Below, piece after piece: positions 1 to 10,126 of a stretch of DNA of 32,000 nt. The notes beneath the pieces are model-generated. The model saw nothing but the letters and a program-made list of their open reading frames with translations, made no database searches and was not told where the DNA came from. Made by a program: the position numbers and the translations under genes. Source of the stretch: Candidatus Methylomirabilis oxygeniifera (GTDB lineage: Bacteria; Methylomirabilota; Methylomirabilia; Methylomirabilales; Methylomirabilaceae); contig FP565575.1 of NCBI GenBank assembly GCA_000091165.1, positions 900,001 to 932,000 of the forward strand, given 5' to 3'. The stretch's first letter is position 1; every line of letters begins with the position of its first letter.

Positions 1-737
1 GAGACGGGTATCTCGATAAGTCGGTGTTGCGGAAGAGTGTCCCGTAGCCGAGTCAGAGGTCTGCCCGGATTACGGTGCGCCGGGGTTGATAGATACCCGA
101 AAAGTTGATTCGGAAGCGAGGAGTCAACAAGAAATCCTGCATTTGTTACTGCTGCAGCACTCTGCGAATCAATGTGAAGGAAAGGAGCGCGGAAGGCGCG
201 TATCGGGACGCCCACGAGGTCCTCAAGCATCTCTTTCGCCTTCCGAACCGTGTCCTCTTTCTCCGTCCTCCCATAAACGGTTGGAGGGCGAGGAATCGTG
301 TCATCGATCCGGTAAGGGCCCCCATAACTCTCATGTGCCAGGCCGTGACACCCTATCTCATGCCCGCGTCGCGCCACCTCAAGCACCGTGTCGCCAGCCA
401 AACGGGCCAGGATACCTTCGGTGAAGAAGGTCCCGCGGACTCCATGAGCGTCCAGGAGATTCAAGAGAGATGGGAGGCCCTCCTCAATGCCGCGGAGAGT
501 TCGCGTATCCCAGGAACCTGCCTCCCAAGGAGGATCGAGTTCGAGATCGCAAGTGAAGATCAGTGAGATCGTCTCCTGACCGGACGGTTTCTTTGAAGTG
601 TGCGTCCGAATGAAACAGCCTCTAAGGAGCTGCAGCCACCAGTGTGGATTCACATAGGCATTTCCATAAGGCTGCCAGATCGTTAGGGCGCGAAGATTCC
701 GTTTGATCTCGCGTAGACGGACATTGAGAGATCTCAC
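1..737 (-). CDS. polysaccharide deacetylase (NodB-homology / CE4 family); C-terminal part continues beyond the window start
   Basis: Hand translation of the minus strand. It is absent from the ORF track because it is open at the window edge. Sequence: ...ETISLIFTCDLELDPPWEAGSWDTRTLRGIEEGLPSLLNLLDAHGVRGTFFTEGILARLAGDTVLEVARRGHEIGCHGLAHESYGG...VPIRAFRAPFLHIDSQSAAAVTNAGFLVDSS... It has an Asp-containing motif 1, H-x-x-x-H (HGLAH) and RAPF motifs as in NodB domains. There is no in-frame ATG. GTG candidates are at 737 and 653, and the upstream in-frame stop is at 792-790. Confidence 0.7.
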   Translation of the reverse strand, partial: MRSLNVRLREIKRNLRALTIWQPYGNAYVNPHWWLQLLRGCFIRTHTSKKPSGQETISLIFTCDLELDPPWEAGSWDTRTLRGIEEGLPSLLNLLDAHGVRGTFFTEGILARLAGDTVLEVARRGHEIGCHGLAHESYGGPYRIDDTIPRPPTVYGRTEKEDTVRKAKEMLEDLVGVPIRAFRAPFLHIDSQSAAAVTNAGFLVDSSLPNQLFGYLSTPAHRNPGRPLTRLRDTLPQHRLIEIPV

Positions 738-860
738 ATTAATCGCCTTGAGTGCAGTATATAGTATCGCACTGGATTCTCAGGAGCAAGAACCTGAACG
801 GGACCTAAAGATCACCGTGATCCTTTCTGCCATCGCCTGATCGAGGACTACAAGACTCTC

Positions 861-2162
861 TCAATGCGGCTGTGCGAGAACGGCCGGGTAAGGAGCTATA
901 GGGAAGCACCCGTCATTAAGCAGCTCGGCGTATACCGCCTCTGCGCGATCTACCATCGTTTCGAACTTGAAGCACTCCAGGGACCGGTTTTGGCTCAGTC
1001 TGGCTCGGGCGGCAGCCGCTGTAGGATCCGACAGTACCGCAAGGATGCCGCCGGCGAGTGCGGCAGCGTCTCCCGGCGGGACCAGGACTGCGCCGTTCGC
1101 AACAATCTCAGGTATGCCGCCCACGGTGGTCGCTACGATCGGAGTCCCGGCTGCCGCTGCCTCCAGCACTACATACGAAAATACCTCGGATAAGGATGGG
1201 ATAACGATGACATCGGTTTCAGCGTACAATTTCGCCAGGTGAGACCGCGGTCGAAAGCCGATGAACCGAGTTATCCTCATTAGCCCCAGGGAGGTACACA
1301 ATTGCTCGAGTGCGGGCCGATAGGGACCATCGCCCGCTATCGTGATGATCAGGTCCGGGAACGCTCGACGAATCTGAGGGATCGCTTCGAGTAGATACTG
1401 CACACCCTTGCCCGCTACCAGTCGACCCACATACAGCAGATGAGGACCAGGTTGTCCAAACCGAGGTTCTCGTGGACGAAGAGCGAAGTTGTTTTGTGGA
1501 AGACCATGCGGGATAACTACGATTCGATCGGTGGGAAACCCGGACTCTCTCAGGCTCCGCGCGAGCGTGCTGCTGGGGGCGATAAACCGGGCAACCCCCT
1601 GGAGAAGATGCCGACGTGCTCTCCATGCTCTACGGAGAACGAGGTTCACAAACGGTACAGGAAGGCGAACCCCCATCTTGTCCCTGAGTCCTCGCGCCAG
1701 ACAAGGCGCACAGATCTCCGATGCGTAGCGTTGGCGACAACTCCCGTCCTCATTGTAACAGAGCTGTTGGCGGAGGCAGACCGGCCAATAGGTATGCAGC
1801 GTCGCGAGTACAGGGATCCGGAGGCGGTTCGCCGCGGCAATCGGTGCAAATGAAAGATTGAAAAAGGAGTGCAAATGGACGATATCAGGAGGCCAAGCGC
1901 GGAAAATGCGAAGGGTTGAAAGATATACGACTGGATCAAATTGGAAAAGTTTCGTCAGCAAAATCGGGAAGGCAGTCTTCGTTGAGAAGATTGCCTCGAC
2001 CCCTGGAGGTTGGATTGGCACGTTTGGAGATCGCCCGGTCAGGAGAGCAATCCCATGCCTGCGCTTGCTGAGTGCCTGCATCAAACTCAGAACGTGAAGC
2101 TCCGCCCCTCCGCATGGCTTGCTGGGTCCGCCGAGGCTACCTGTAACCATCATAATGCGCAT
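861..2162 (-). CDS. GT-B fold glycosyltransferase, family 4 (Glycos_transf_1)
   Basis: 433-aa ORF. E-x7-E signature in EVFSYVVLEAAAAGTPIVATTVGGIPEIV. GGGAGGG lies 5 nt upstream of ATG 2162. Same strand as, and directly upstream of, the deacetylase. Confidence 0.85.
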   Translation of the reverse strand: MRIMMVTGSLGGPSKPCGGAELHVLSLMQALSKRRHGIALLTGRSPNVPIQPPGVEAIFSTKTAFPILLTKLFQFDPVVYLSTLRIFRAWPPDIVHLHSFFNLSFAPIAAANRLRIPVLATLHTYWPVCLRQQLCYNEDGSCRQRYASEICAPCLARGLRDKMGVRLPVPFVNLVLRRAWRARRHLLQGVARFIAPSSTLARSLRESGFPTDRIVVIPHGLPQNNFALRPREPRFGQPGPHLLYVGRLVAGKGVQYLLEAIPQIRRAFPDLIITIAGDGPYRPALEQLCTSLGLMRITRFIGFRPRSHLAKLYAETDVIVIPSLSEVFSYVVLEAAAAGTPIVATTVGGIPEIVANGAVLVPPGDAAALAGGILAVLSDPTAAAARARLSQNRSLECFKFETMVDRAEAVYAELLNDGCFPIAPYPAVLAQPH

Positions 2163-2449
2163 GCCGTCCCTCCCGATCTTTCAGCGATTCCGAATACGTC
2201 GTCGGCCAGCATCGCGGACCATTCCTTCAAGCTTTCTGAGGAACGATTCAGGATCGTAGTGCCTTCAGCCGAGGGCAAGCACGTAAAGGCCTCTCTTGAA
2301 TATTGTATGGGTGTACTACGCCCACGCTGAGTCCCACCCCAACGAACAAGAGAGCTGACCATGACCATAAAAGGGGTCTGCTCCGGTTTCTGTCTTACCC
2401 ACGCTCAGACCGGAGGACTCACACAAAGAGTGGAAGAGCCGAAATGAGG

Positions 2450-2478
2450 TTGACTAAGCTTGCATAGCATACTATCTT
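2450..2478 (+). promoter_or_regulatory. candidate sigma70-type promoter (TTGACT-17-TATCTT)
   Basis: TTGACT at 2450-2455, 17-nt spacer, TATCTT at 2473-2478. An alternative TACTAT at 2470-2475 has only a 14-nt spacer. Lies upstream of the 2539 ORF. Confidence 0.3.
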
Positions 2479-2538
2479 CGACCTGGCAAGTAGTTGTCAG
2501 CAGGGAACAGATCATGCGACGACATGGGAAGGATAGTG

Positions 2539-2985
2539 ATGGGTGCATTCAATCATCGTGATTCGCGGCATGGTCATGCGCTGATACAGGAACTTGCCGT
2601 AGTCCGAAAGACGCTTGGCCGACTCGACGCCAAACTGCAGGAGAGCGATAGTGAACATGTCCCCAAAGAGGATGATCGTGAGCTTCGCCTTGCGCTGCAG
2701 CGTATTGATGATGACCGGTTGACTCAACTGGCGCTGGACTATGCTGTCTGCGTCCGTGGGCTTACCGCGCCGATGGTCTCGCGCGCCTGGAAAGGGGAGC
2801 TGACGGAGGAGGTCAAAGAGGCTCACCGTCTCCTCCTGAGCCGTCTACAGACGCTGGAGCGCCTGGCCGGATCCCCTGTGGGACGCCTGTGGCTGTGGCT
2901 GCAGGCCCGCCTGCGCCGAGTCTTCCGTAAGCCTGCCCATGTGCAGAGCCTGCCTTCGTCAGGGACGAACGGCAACCGTAGGTAG
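2539..2985 (+). CDS. hypothetical protein
   Basis: ORF 2494-2985. I prefer ATG 2539 because GGGAAGGA sits 6 nt upstream. Charged helical sequence with an Arg-rich C-terminus; no family recognised. Confidence 0.45.
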   Translation: MGAFNHRDSRHGHALIQELAVVRKTLGRLDAKLQESDSEHVPKEDDRELRLALQRIDDDRLTQLALDYAVCVRGLTAPMVSRAWKGELTEEVKEAHRLLLSRLQTLERLAGSPVGRLWLWLQARLRRVFRKPAHVQSLPSSGTNGNRR

Positions 2986-3078
2986 TGGCGCTAAACCGAG
3001 CATTCCGGCTGGGATGACCGTCCGGGGAACAATCGGAGGATCGGAGAAACTGACCGTGGCGGGAACCACATCGGTACG

Positions 3079-3777
3079 ATGATAGGAAGACTGATCCGGT
3101 GGCTGATCGTTTTTCCGCTCCTGGGCCTTCTACTCTATGTCGGTCACCCGTTTCTCTTGAGAGCGATGGGTCGCTATCTGATCACGGAGGATCGTCTGCA
3201 AAAGGCTGAGGCGATCGCGGTCCTGGCCGGAGACGGAGGTGTTGGTCGCACGCTCGAGGCGGTGAGGCTTTACCAGGACGGTTATGCGCCACGGATCATT
3301 CTGACCCGCCAGCGTCTGCCGACAGGGTACGAAGCATTAACACGGCTGGGCATTACTGTACCGGAAGAGCGGCATATTCAGTGGATGGTGCTTAAGGCGA
3401 TGCGGGTGCCCGTCACCGCTGTTCTTCAGGTCAACGAGCGATCCGATAGTACTGCAAGCGAGATGGTCCATCTCGTACGCCTGCTCAAGGAGCACCGGAT
3501 ACGAACCATTATCCTTGTGACGAATAAATCGCATTCGACACGGGCAAGCAAGATTCTAGCCAGAGTGTCCAGAAATAACCTTACGAGCATCAGCCGACCC
3601 ACCCGCTATGATACCTTTGATCCGGACGGCTGGTGGCGTTCCCGCGCTGATGCGAGAGACGTGCTATTTGAATATCTGAAGCTGCTCGACTATCTCGTGC
3701 AGACGGTCAGTGGTGGTCTGATCGGGCGGTTCAGTGATGCAAAGTCACCGATCGTTCCGGGGGAGGCCACCTTTTAA
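3079..3777 (+). CDS. DUF218 / YdcF (ElyC/SanA-like) family protein
   Basis: 232 aa. N-terminal TM helix, then AIAVLAGDGG and ILVTNKSHSTRA, the characteristic DUF218 motifs. Confidence 0.75.
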   Translation: MIGRLIRWLIVFPLLGLLLYVGHPFLLRAMGRYLITEDRLQKAEAIAVLAGDGGVGRTLEAVRLYQDGYAPRIILTRQRLPTGYEALTRLGITVPEERHIQWMVLKAMRVPVTAVLQVNERSDSTASEMVHLVRLLKEHRIRTIILVTNKSHSTRASKILARVSRNNLTSISRPTRYDTFDPDGWWRSRADARDVLFEYLKLLDYLVQTVSGGLIGRFSDAKSPIVPGEATF

Positions 3778-3842
3778 AAATCAGGCGTTCAGTCGGGTCT
3801 CTACGACAGTGTAAAACCGTTGACGAATGGAGGGGTAGAGCT

Positions 3843-4304
3843 ATGCAAGAGAAGCGAGGGATGTTTGATACGATTTTCGGGGCGTTGGGATCGAACAGCC
3901 AGGAGCCGATGCCGCAGGCTCCACTGATGGAGATGTCGAGGAATGCGTTTGTCGTCGGCGAGAAGATTCAGATTCGCGGGGAGCTGACCGGTGAAGGCGA
4001 TCTTCAGCTTATGGGCGGGTTTCACGGGACTATTGATCTTACGGGAACGATTGTCATCGGAGAGTCGGCCCAGGTCGAGGCTGATATCGCGGCCACCAAC
4101 ATCATTGTCGGCGGCCACGTCAAAGGCAATCTGATCGCCAGCGGACGGGTCGATCTGCTGCCTACCGGCAGCGTGACGGGTAACGTGAAGACAGGCAGTA
4201 TCGCCGCCGCAGAGGGCGCCTCCTTGCATGGCGAGATCGAGATCAATCGCCGCCAGGCGGCTGGCCAGGTTCAGATGGAGAAGGATCGGATCGGTTCATT
4301 CTAG
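3843..4304 (+). CDS. bactofilin (polymer-forming cytoskeletal protein, DUF583)
   Basis: 153 aa. Repetitive beta-helix pattern IRGELTGEGDLQLMGGFHGTIDLTGTIVIGESAQVEADIAATNIIVGGHVKGNLIASGRVDLLPTGSVTGNVKTGSI. GGAGGGG RBS upstream. Confidence 0.85.
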   Translation: MQEKRGMFDTIFGALGSNSQEPMPQAPLMEMSRNAFVVGEKIQIRGELTGEGDLQLMGGFHGTIDLTGTIVIGESAQVEADIAATNIIVGGHVKGNLIASGRVDLLPTGSVTGNVKTGSIAAAEGASLHGEIEINRRQAAGQVQMEKDRIGSF

Positions 4305-4336
4305 CTTGAGAGGCCCGGTTGCTCTCAGCCCCTGGC
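4305..4336 (+). promoter_or_regulatory. possible heat-shock (sigma32-like) promoter of clpB
   Basis: CTTGAGA (4305-4311), 17 nt, then CCCCTGGC (4329-4336). This resembles CTTGAAA-N13-17-CCCCATNT, but the -10 match is partial. Confidence 0.25.
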
Positions 4337-4359
4337 ACCAGGCGTGATGGGGAGGGTGT

Positions 4360-6957
4360 ATGGCCTTTATGCGATTCGATAAATTTACCTTTAAGGCGCA
4401 GGAGGCGATTCAGCAGGCCCAGAAGCTGGCTGAGCAGCTGGAGCATCAGGCAATTGATGTTGAGCACCTGTTGTTAGCGCTTGTACAACAGGCGGAAGGG
4501 GTCGTCCAGCCGATTCTGGGAAAGATGGGGACTGACCCCCGTCAGGTCGCCTCCAGACTCACAGAGGAACTGAAGCGACTTCCCAGGGTCTCCGGGCTTC
4601 CACCAGGCCAGGTCCATATCACTCCACGTCTTGAAAAGGTGCTGAGCGCCGCGCTGTCTGAGGCGGAACGCTTGAAAGATGAGTACGTCAGCACCGAGCA
4701 TCTGCTTCTGGCGATTGCCGACGCGGGCGGTGGCGCCGTCGGGAGGGTCCTGCGCGAGGCTGGGATTACAAAAGACACTATTTACGCAGCTTTGCAGGAG
4801 GTTCGCGGCAGCCAGCGAGTCACCGATCAGGTTCCGGAGGAAAAGTACCAGGCGTTGGAACGGTACGCCCGCGATCTCACCGATCTGGCCAGAAAAGGGA
4901 AGCTGGACCCGGTCATCGGTCGAGACGATGAGATCCGTCGAGTGGTTCAGGTCCTGGCGCGCCGAACCAAAAACAACCCGGTTCTCATTGGTGAGCCCGG
5001 CGTGGGGAAGACCGCCATCGTAGAAGGACTGGCGCAGCGAATCGTCAATGGCGACGTACCGGAGTCGTTGAAGAATAAGCGTGTGCTGGCGCTGGATATT
5101 GGCGCACTGGTGGCCGGGAGTAAGTACCGCGGGGAGTTCGAAGACCGGCTGAAGGCGGTCCTTCGGGAGGTGACCGAGCAGCAGGGTCAGATTGTTCTCT
5201 TCATCGATGAACTCCATACCCTTGTTGGAGCCGGCGCTGCTGAAGGGGCCGTGGATGCCTCGAACATGCTCAAGCCGGCGCTGGCTCGAGGAGAGCTTCG
5301 GTGTGTGGGGGCTACGACACTGGACGAATACCACAAGCGGGTAGAGAAAGACGCAGCGCTAGAACGGCGCTTCCAACCGGTCCTGGTCGGCGAGCCGTCG
5401 GTAGAAGATAGCATCTCGATTCTTCGCGGGCTGAAGGAACGGTACGAGGTGCACCACGGTGTAAGGATCAGGGACTCGGCGCTGGTGGCGGCCGCCATCT
5501 TAAGCAACCGGTACATCACCGACCGGTTCTTGCCGGACAAAGCGATCGACCTGATCGATGAGGCGGCGTCTCGTCTGCGGATGGAGATCGACAGCATGCC
5601 GACGGAGCTGGACGAGCTCAGTCGGCGAATACGACAGATCGAGGTCGAATACCACGCTCTGAAGAAGGAGACCGATTCAGAGTCGCAGGAACGCCTCGCG
5701 CGTCTGGCCGACGAGCTCGTGGAGATCCGGATCAAGGAGGAAGGTCTCAAGACCCGCTGGGAGCAGGAGAAGGGATTCATCCAGCGAATCAGGGGCCTCA
5801 AGGAGCGGATCGAGGCGGCGAAGGTGCAGGAGCAGATGGCGGAGCGACAGGGCGATCTGGGAAAGGTCGCCGAACTCCGCTATGGTGTGGTTACATTGCT
5901 GCAAAAGGAGTTGGAAAGCGAAAAGCGCGGGCTGGAACAGGTCCAGCAGGTTGGCGCCATGCTCAAGGAGGAGGTAGACGAGGAAGATGTCGCCCAAGTC
6001 GTCTCTAAGTGGACCGGGGTTCCGGTTGCCAGGATGCTGGAAGGCGAAACCCAGAAGCTCCTGACCATGGAGGAGAAGCTCAGGGAGCGAGTGGTGGGGC
6101 AGTACGAGGCGATTGGCGCAGTGAGTGACGCGATCCGGCGCGCCCGCTCCGGGCTTCAGGATCCGAACCGGCCGATCGGCTCCTTCATGTTCCTGGGGCC
6201 GACGGGTGTTGGAAAGACCGAGCTGGCCCGGGCATTGGCCGCGTTCCTGTTCGACGACGAGCGGGCGATGATTCGCCTGGACATGAGCGAGTACATGGAG
6301 AAGCATACCGTCTCTCGCCTCATCGGCGCGCCGCCTGGCTACGTCGGGTTCGAGGAGGGGGGACAGCTCACTGAGGCGGTTCGGCGTCGCCCCTACTGCG
6401 TCCTGCTCCTGGACGAGATCGAAAAGGCCCACACCGATGTCTTCAATATCCTGCTGCAGATTCTGGATGATGGACGGCTGACCGATGGGCAGGGGCGAAC
6501 CGTGGACTTCAAAAACACGATCATCATCATGACCAGCAACCTGGGGAGTCAGGTCATTCAGGAGTTAGGCGGTCGCGATGATGAGGAGATGCGTCGGCGA
6601 GTACTGGAGGCCGTAAGAACTCACTTTCGGCCGGAGTTCCTGAACCGAGTAGACGAGATACTGATTTTCCACACTCTCTCGCTGGCTCAGATCAAAGCGA
6701 TTGTGGAGATCCAGCTCAGGCGGGTGGGGAAGCGGCTTGTCGAGCGGAAGCTCGATCTTGAGGTCACGGATGCGGCAAAGGACTTTCTGGCCAAAGAAGG
6801 ATACGATCCGGTCTTTGGGGCGAGACCGCTCAGGCGAGCCATCCAGCGAGCGCTGTTGGATCCCTTGGCGCGTCGTCTGTTGGAGCATGAGTTTGCCGAA
6901 GGCGACACCGTGAGGGTCGATGCGGCTCGCGGAGAACTGATCCTGAGTAAGGATTGA
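4360..6957 (+). CDS. clpB: ATP-dependent chaperone/disaggregase ClpB
   Basis: 865 aa. Clp N-domain, two AAA+ modules (GEPGVGKT and GPTGVGKT Walker A motifs), long coiled-coil middle domain. GGGGAGGG RBS. Confidence 0.97.
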   Translation: MAFMRFDKFTFKAQEAIQQAQKLAEQLEHQAIDVEHLLLALVQQAEGVVQPILGKMGTDPRQVASRLTEELKRLPRVSGLPPGQVHITPRLEKVLSAALSEAERLKDEYVSTEHLLLAIADAGGGAVGRVLREAGITKDTIYAALQEVRGSQRVTDQVPEEKYQALERYARDLTDLARKGKLDPVIGRDDEIRRVVQVLARRTKNNPVLIGEPGVGKTAIVEGLAQRIVNGDVPESLKNKRVLALDIGALVAGSKYRGEFEDRLKAVLREVTEQQGQIVLFIDELHTLVGAGAAEGAVDASNMLKPALARGELRCVGATTLDEYHKRVEKDAALERRFQPVLVGEPSVEDSISILRGLKERYEVHHGVRIRDSALVAAAILSNRYITDRFLPDKAIDLIDEAASRLRMEIDSMPTELDELSRRIRQIEVEYHALKKETDSESQERLARLADELVEIRIKEEGLKTRWEQEKGFIQRIRGLKERIEAAKVQEQMAERQGDLGKVAELRYGVVTLLQKELESEKRGLEQVQQVGAMLKEEVDEEDVAQVVSKWTGVPVARMLEGETQKLLTMEEKLRERVVGQYEAIGAVSDAIRRARSGLQDPNRPIGSFMFLGPTGVGKTELARALAAFLFDDERAMIRLDMSEYMEKHTVSRLIGAPPGYVGFEEGGQLTEAVRRRPYCVLLLDEIEKAHTDVFNILLQILDDGRLTDGQGRTVDFKNTIIIMTSNLGSQVIQELGGRDDEEMRRRVLEAVRTHFRPEFLNRVDEILIFHTLSLAQIKAIVEIQLRRVGKRLVERKLDLEVTDAAKDFLAKEGYDPVFGARPLRRAIQRALLDPLARRLLEHEFAEGDTVRVDAARGELILSKD

Positions 6958-6964
6958 AAGTCCC

Positions 6965-7058
6965 CGTGTCATTGCGAGGCGAAGCCGAAGCAATCTCACA
7001 GTCCTTCAAGACAACGACGGTGAGATTGCCGCGCTCCCTCCGATCGCTCGCAATGACG
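6965..7058. repeat. nested palindromic extragenic repeat, copy 1 (GTCATTGCGAG ... CTCGCAATGAC)
   Basis: Outer arms are GTCATTGCGAG 6968-6978 and CTCGCAATGAC 7047-7057. Inner arms are GCAATCTCAC 6990-6999 and GTGAGATTGC 7020-7029. Starts 8 nt after the clpB stop. Second copy at 15463-15590. Confidence 0.85.
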
Positions 7059-7074
7059 ATGTGCAGAAGAGAGA

Positions 7075-7878
7075 ATGGAGAAGATGGCCCCCGTTGCCTA
7101 CATCGAACAGATCCGGAGACTCTACTCGATCGAGCCGCCCTACCAGTGGACGGTGAACCTGACGAGCCCCTGGACGCCAATGCCCAAGCCGGTCCGAGAG
7201 TGCCGGATCGCCCTGATCAGTTCCGGGGGGATTTATCACAAGAGCCAGGAGTCGTTTAACCCCATCAAGAACGATCTGACGTTTCGGGAAATCCCAAAAG
7301 ACGTACACCTGCCCGACCTCCGCATCTCGCACTACTCTAAGAACGCAAGGGACGTCAAAGACCTCAATACGATCTTTCCCCTTGATCGGTTCAGAGAGCT
7401 GGAGGCTCAAGGGCACATTGGCGAGCTGGCCTCCGTAGGCTTCACCTTCATGGGGCGGATCTTTAAGCGAACCCAGCTCCAGAAAGAGATGGCGCCGCAT
7501 CTCATCGGACGCCTGCGGGAACTCCAAGTCGATACGGCCTTCCTCGTCCCGGTCTGACAACTGTGCCACCAGTCCGTGGGACTGTTCGCCCGCGCCATCG
7601 AAGAGTCCGGCATCCCCACCGTCATGCTTTCCGCTGCCCTTGATATTACCTCCTCGGTCAAGCCGCCCCGCGCCGTCTTCGTGAACTTCCCCCTCGGTCA
7701 TCAGGCCGGCAAGTCGTTCGACCTAGAGGGGCAGACCCGGATCCTGCTCGACGCACTCCATCTACTCGAAACGGCAACTACTCCGGGGACACTCGTCCAA
7801 CTTCCATACAAGTGGGACGAAAACGATCCGCTGGATTCCTGGGAAGAGGAAGAGATGCTCCATCCTTCGCTGGTGTAA
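7075..7878 (+). CDS. GrdB/PrdB-family (glycine/sarcosine/betaine reductase component B-like) protein with in-frame UGA, probable selenocysteine at 7555-7557
   Basis: ORFs 7075-7557 and 7576-7878 share one frame and are separated only by TGA. The junction reads FLVPV-U-QLCHQSVGLFARAIEESGIPTVMLSAALD. Hairpin CAGTCC-GTG-GGACTG lies at 7570-7584. Confidence 0.7.
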
Positions 7879-7881
7879 CCC

Positions 7882-8685
7882 ATGCCAATAAACACGCCTG
7901 GGAGATTCAGGTGGGGGCTAACGGGCTTGGCGGTCGGTCTGATCATGATCGTACTTGCCGCGTGCCAGACTGTCCCCATCTCTGGACGCTCCCAGTTGCT
8001 GCTCGTGTCTGAGGCCGATGAGGTCCAGTTGGGGGTGCAGTCGTATCAGGAGATTCTCCGCCAATCCAAAGTCTCGACGGATCAGAAGGTACTCAAGATG
8101 GTACGCCGTGTCGGGATGCGGATTGCAACGGCAACAGGACGTACGGATCTGAAATGGGAGTTTACGGTTATTAAGGACGATCAGGTCAACGCCTTTGCGC
8201 TTCCCGGCGGCAAGGTGGCCGTCTACACCGGGTTGTTGCCCGTCACGCGGGACGAAACAGGTCTTGCGGTGGTGTTGGGACACGAGGTCGCCCATGCCGT
8301 TGCGCGCCATGGTGCGGAGCGGCTCACCCAAGAACTGGTCGTAAAGACCGGCCTCGAGGCAACTAAATTGGCCCTGTCGAATCGTGATCCGGACACGGTC
8401 AAAACGGTCAGCGCACTCCTCGGAGCGGGAGCGACCTACGGCTTGATCCTTCCATGGAGCCGAGCACAGGAATCAGAGGCGGATCGGCTTGGTCTCGTCT
8501 ATATGGCAAAGGCAGGCTATAATCCGCGCGCCGCTCGTGATCTGTGGACTCGTATGGCTGGGGTCTCCAAGGGGCAGGGACGTCCTTCGGAGTTCTTGTC
8601 GACCCATCCGTCGGAGGCGACACGAATCCGACAGATTACGGAGTGGTTGCCGGAGGCGCTCCAATATTACAAGCCCCGCCGTTGA
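7882..8685 (+). CDS. M48-family zinc metallopeptidase, lipoprotein (LoiP/YcaL-like)
   Basis: 267 aa. Signal peptide with lipobox IVLAAC. HEVAH zinc motif in [14 protein letters not shown] and a downstream ESEADRLG Glu ligand region. Confidence 0.88.
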   Translation: MPINTPGRFRWGLTGLAVGLIMIVLAACQTVPISGRSQLLLVSEADEVQLGVQSYQEILRQSKVSTDQKVLKMVRRVGMRIATATGRTDLKWEFTVIKDDQVNAFALPGGKVAVYTGLLPVTRDETGLAVVLGHEVAHAVARHGAERLTQELVVKTGLEATKLALSNRDPDTVKTVSALLGAGATYGLILPWSRAQESEADRLGLVYMAKAGYNPRAARDLWTRMAGVSKGQGRPSEFLSTHPSEATRIRQITEWLPEALQYYKPRR

Positions 8686-8756
8686 TGCGTGCGTCCATGA
8701 GCGCAAAAAGCCCTCGGACTCGGCCGTTTCACCGGCTTCAGACAACCCAATTTGCC

Positions 8757-8785
8757 TTGACAAGAAAAGGTCACAGGATTACTAT
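8757..8785 (+). promoter_or_regulatory. near-consensus sigma70 promoter for glyA operon (TTGACA-17-TACTAT)
   Basis: TTGACA 8757-8762, exactly 17-nt spacer, TACTAT 8780-8785, about 50 nt upstream of the glyA GTG. Confidence 0.6.
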
Positions 8786-8836
8786 TCGTCTAAGTGTGAG
8801 TCGTCGTTATCTGTCGGTTATAGGGGGAGCCGGAGC

Positions 8837-10105
8837 GTGAAGCGCCTCATCGACGTTGATCCGGAGATCGCTGAAGTTATTCGGCTTGAGACCAACCGTC
8901 AGGCCACCAAGCTGGAGTTGATCGCCTCGGAGAATTTCGTCAGTCCGGCGGTCATGGAGGCGGCCGGTTCGACGCTGACCAACAAATATGCCGAGGGGTA
9001 CTCCGGACGACGCTACTACGGTGGGTGTGAGTTCGTCGACATGGCGGAGAATCTGGCGATCGAGCGAGCCAAGCGGCTTTTCGGCGCCGATCACGTGAAT
9101 GTCCAGCCACATTCCGGTACGCAGGCCAACATGGCCGTGTACTTTTCGGTTCTGGAGCCCGGGGATACCATTCTCGGGCTGAACCTGTCGCATGGGGGTC
9201 ATCTGTCCCATGGCAGTCCGGTGAACTTTTCCGGCCGCTTCTTCAAGGTGATTCCGTATGGTGTCAATAAGACGACGGAGCAGGTAGATTTTGACGTGCT
9301 CCGGTCGCTCGCCAGAACGCACCGACCCAAGCTGATTGTGGTCGGTGCCAGCGCCTACCCGAGGACTCTGGACTTTACGACGTTTAGTGAGATTGCGAAA
9401 GAGGTCGGCGCGCTCATCATGGCTGATATCGCGCACATTGCCGGGCTGATCGTCGCCAAGCTGCACCCAAGCCCCGTCCCCTACGCCGAGTTCGTCACGA
9501 CCACCACTCACAAGACGCTTCGGGGACCTCGAGGCGGGATGATCATGTGTAAGGCGGAGTACGCCCCGGTCCTGAACAAGCAGGTTTTTCCCGGGATGCA
9601 GGGCGGTCCGCTAATGCATATCATTGCAGCGAAGGCGGTGGCGTTTGCCGAGGCGCTCTCACCGGATTTCGCGTCGTATCAGCGCCAGATCGTGGCGAAT
9701 GCAAAGGTGTTGGGAGAAGCGCTGCAAGGCCACGGCTTTCGTCTGGTCTCCGGTGGAACGGATACCCATCTCCTGTTGATCGATCTGCGTGGGAAAGGGG
9801 TGACCGGAAAGGCGGCAGAAACTGCGCTGGATCAGGCCGGGATTACGGCGAATAAGAACGGTATCCCATTCGACGAGGAAAAGCCGACCGTCACCTCAGG
9901 TATCCGGATCGGGACGCCGGCCGTGACCACCCGAGGGATGCGGGAAGGCGAGATGAGAGAGATCGCAAATCTCATTGCCGACGTCCTGAAAGACGTATCG
10001 AACGCCGCGGCTCTGGCCGGAGTTGCGGTTCGGGTGAAAGAGCTTTGTGACTCCTTCCCATTGTACCGAGAGCAGCTTGCCCTCTCCTCTCCCCACCTTG
10101 TGTAG
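8837..10105 (+). CDS. glyA: serine hydroxymethyltransferase
   Basis: The ORF track gives 8489-10105, but SHMT homology starts at [22 protein letters not shown]...[12 protein letters not shown] 8837 is in frame with GGGGGAG 6 nt upstream. PLP-site [14 protein letters not shown] present. Confidence 0.93.
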   Translation: MKRLIDVDPEIAEVIRLETNRQATKLELIASENFVSPAVMEAAGSTLTNKYAEGYSGRRYYGGCEFVDMAENLAIERAKRLFGADHVNVQPHSGTQANMAVYFSVLEPGDTILGLNLSHGGHLSHGSPVNFSGRFFKVIPYGVNKTTEQVDFDVLRSLARTHRPKLIVVGASAYPRTLDFTTFSEIAKEVGALIMADIAHIAGLIVAKLHPSPVPYAEFVTTTTHKTLRGPRGGMIMCKAEYAPVLNKQVFPGMQGGPLMHIIAAKAVAFAEALSPDFASYQRQIVANAKVLGEALQGHGFRLVSGGTDTHLLLIDLRGKGVTGKAAETALDQAGITANKNGIPFDEEKPTVTSGIRIGTPAVTTRGMREGEMREIANLIADVLKDVSNAAALAGVAVRVKELCDSFPLYREQLALSSPHLV

Positions 10106-10126
10106 GATCCTCCGAGGGACTCGCGT

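Noticed and set aside
105-566. Plus-strand ORFs of 153 and 112 aa at the left edge
   Set aside because: Their sequences are low-complexity and Arg/Pro-rich with no family resemblance. The opposite strand encodes a clear NodB-type deacetylase across the same bases.
4334-4350. TGGCAC upstream of clpB as a sigma54 -24 element
   Set aside because: The -12 position reads GTGA rather than TTGC, so the bipartite sigma54 consensus is not met.
4474-6432. Long minus-strand ORFs (286, 204 and 251 aa) inside clpB
   Set aside because: These are shadow ORFs opposite an unambiguous conserved gene, with no independent motif, RBS or family signal.
7006-7701. 231-aa minus-strand ORF opposite the GrdB-like gene
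   Set aside because: Shadow ORF opposite a gene with a clear family signature. No independent motif, RBS or family signal.
8489-8836. 116-codon N-terminal extension of glyA in the ORF track
   Set aside because: The extension overlaps the M48 peptidase 3' end and a near-consensus promoter, and is Arg-rich junk. SHMT homology and a GGGGGAG RBS begin at GTG 8837.
8686-8836. Possible riboswitch (for example ZTP/THF class) in the glyA leader
   Set aside because: With the promoter at 8757-8785 the leader is only about 50 nt, and I could not find the conserved cores of those riboswitch classes.
8807-9511. 234-aa minus-strand ORF opposite glyA
   Set aside because: Shadow ORF opposite an unambiguous conserved gene. 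No independent motif, RBS or family signal.
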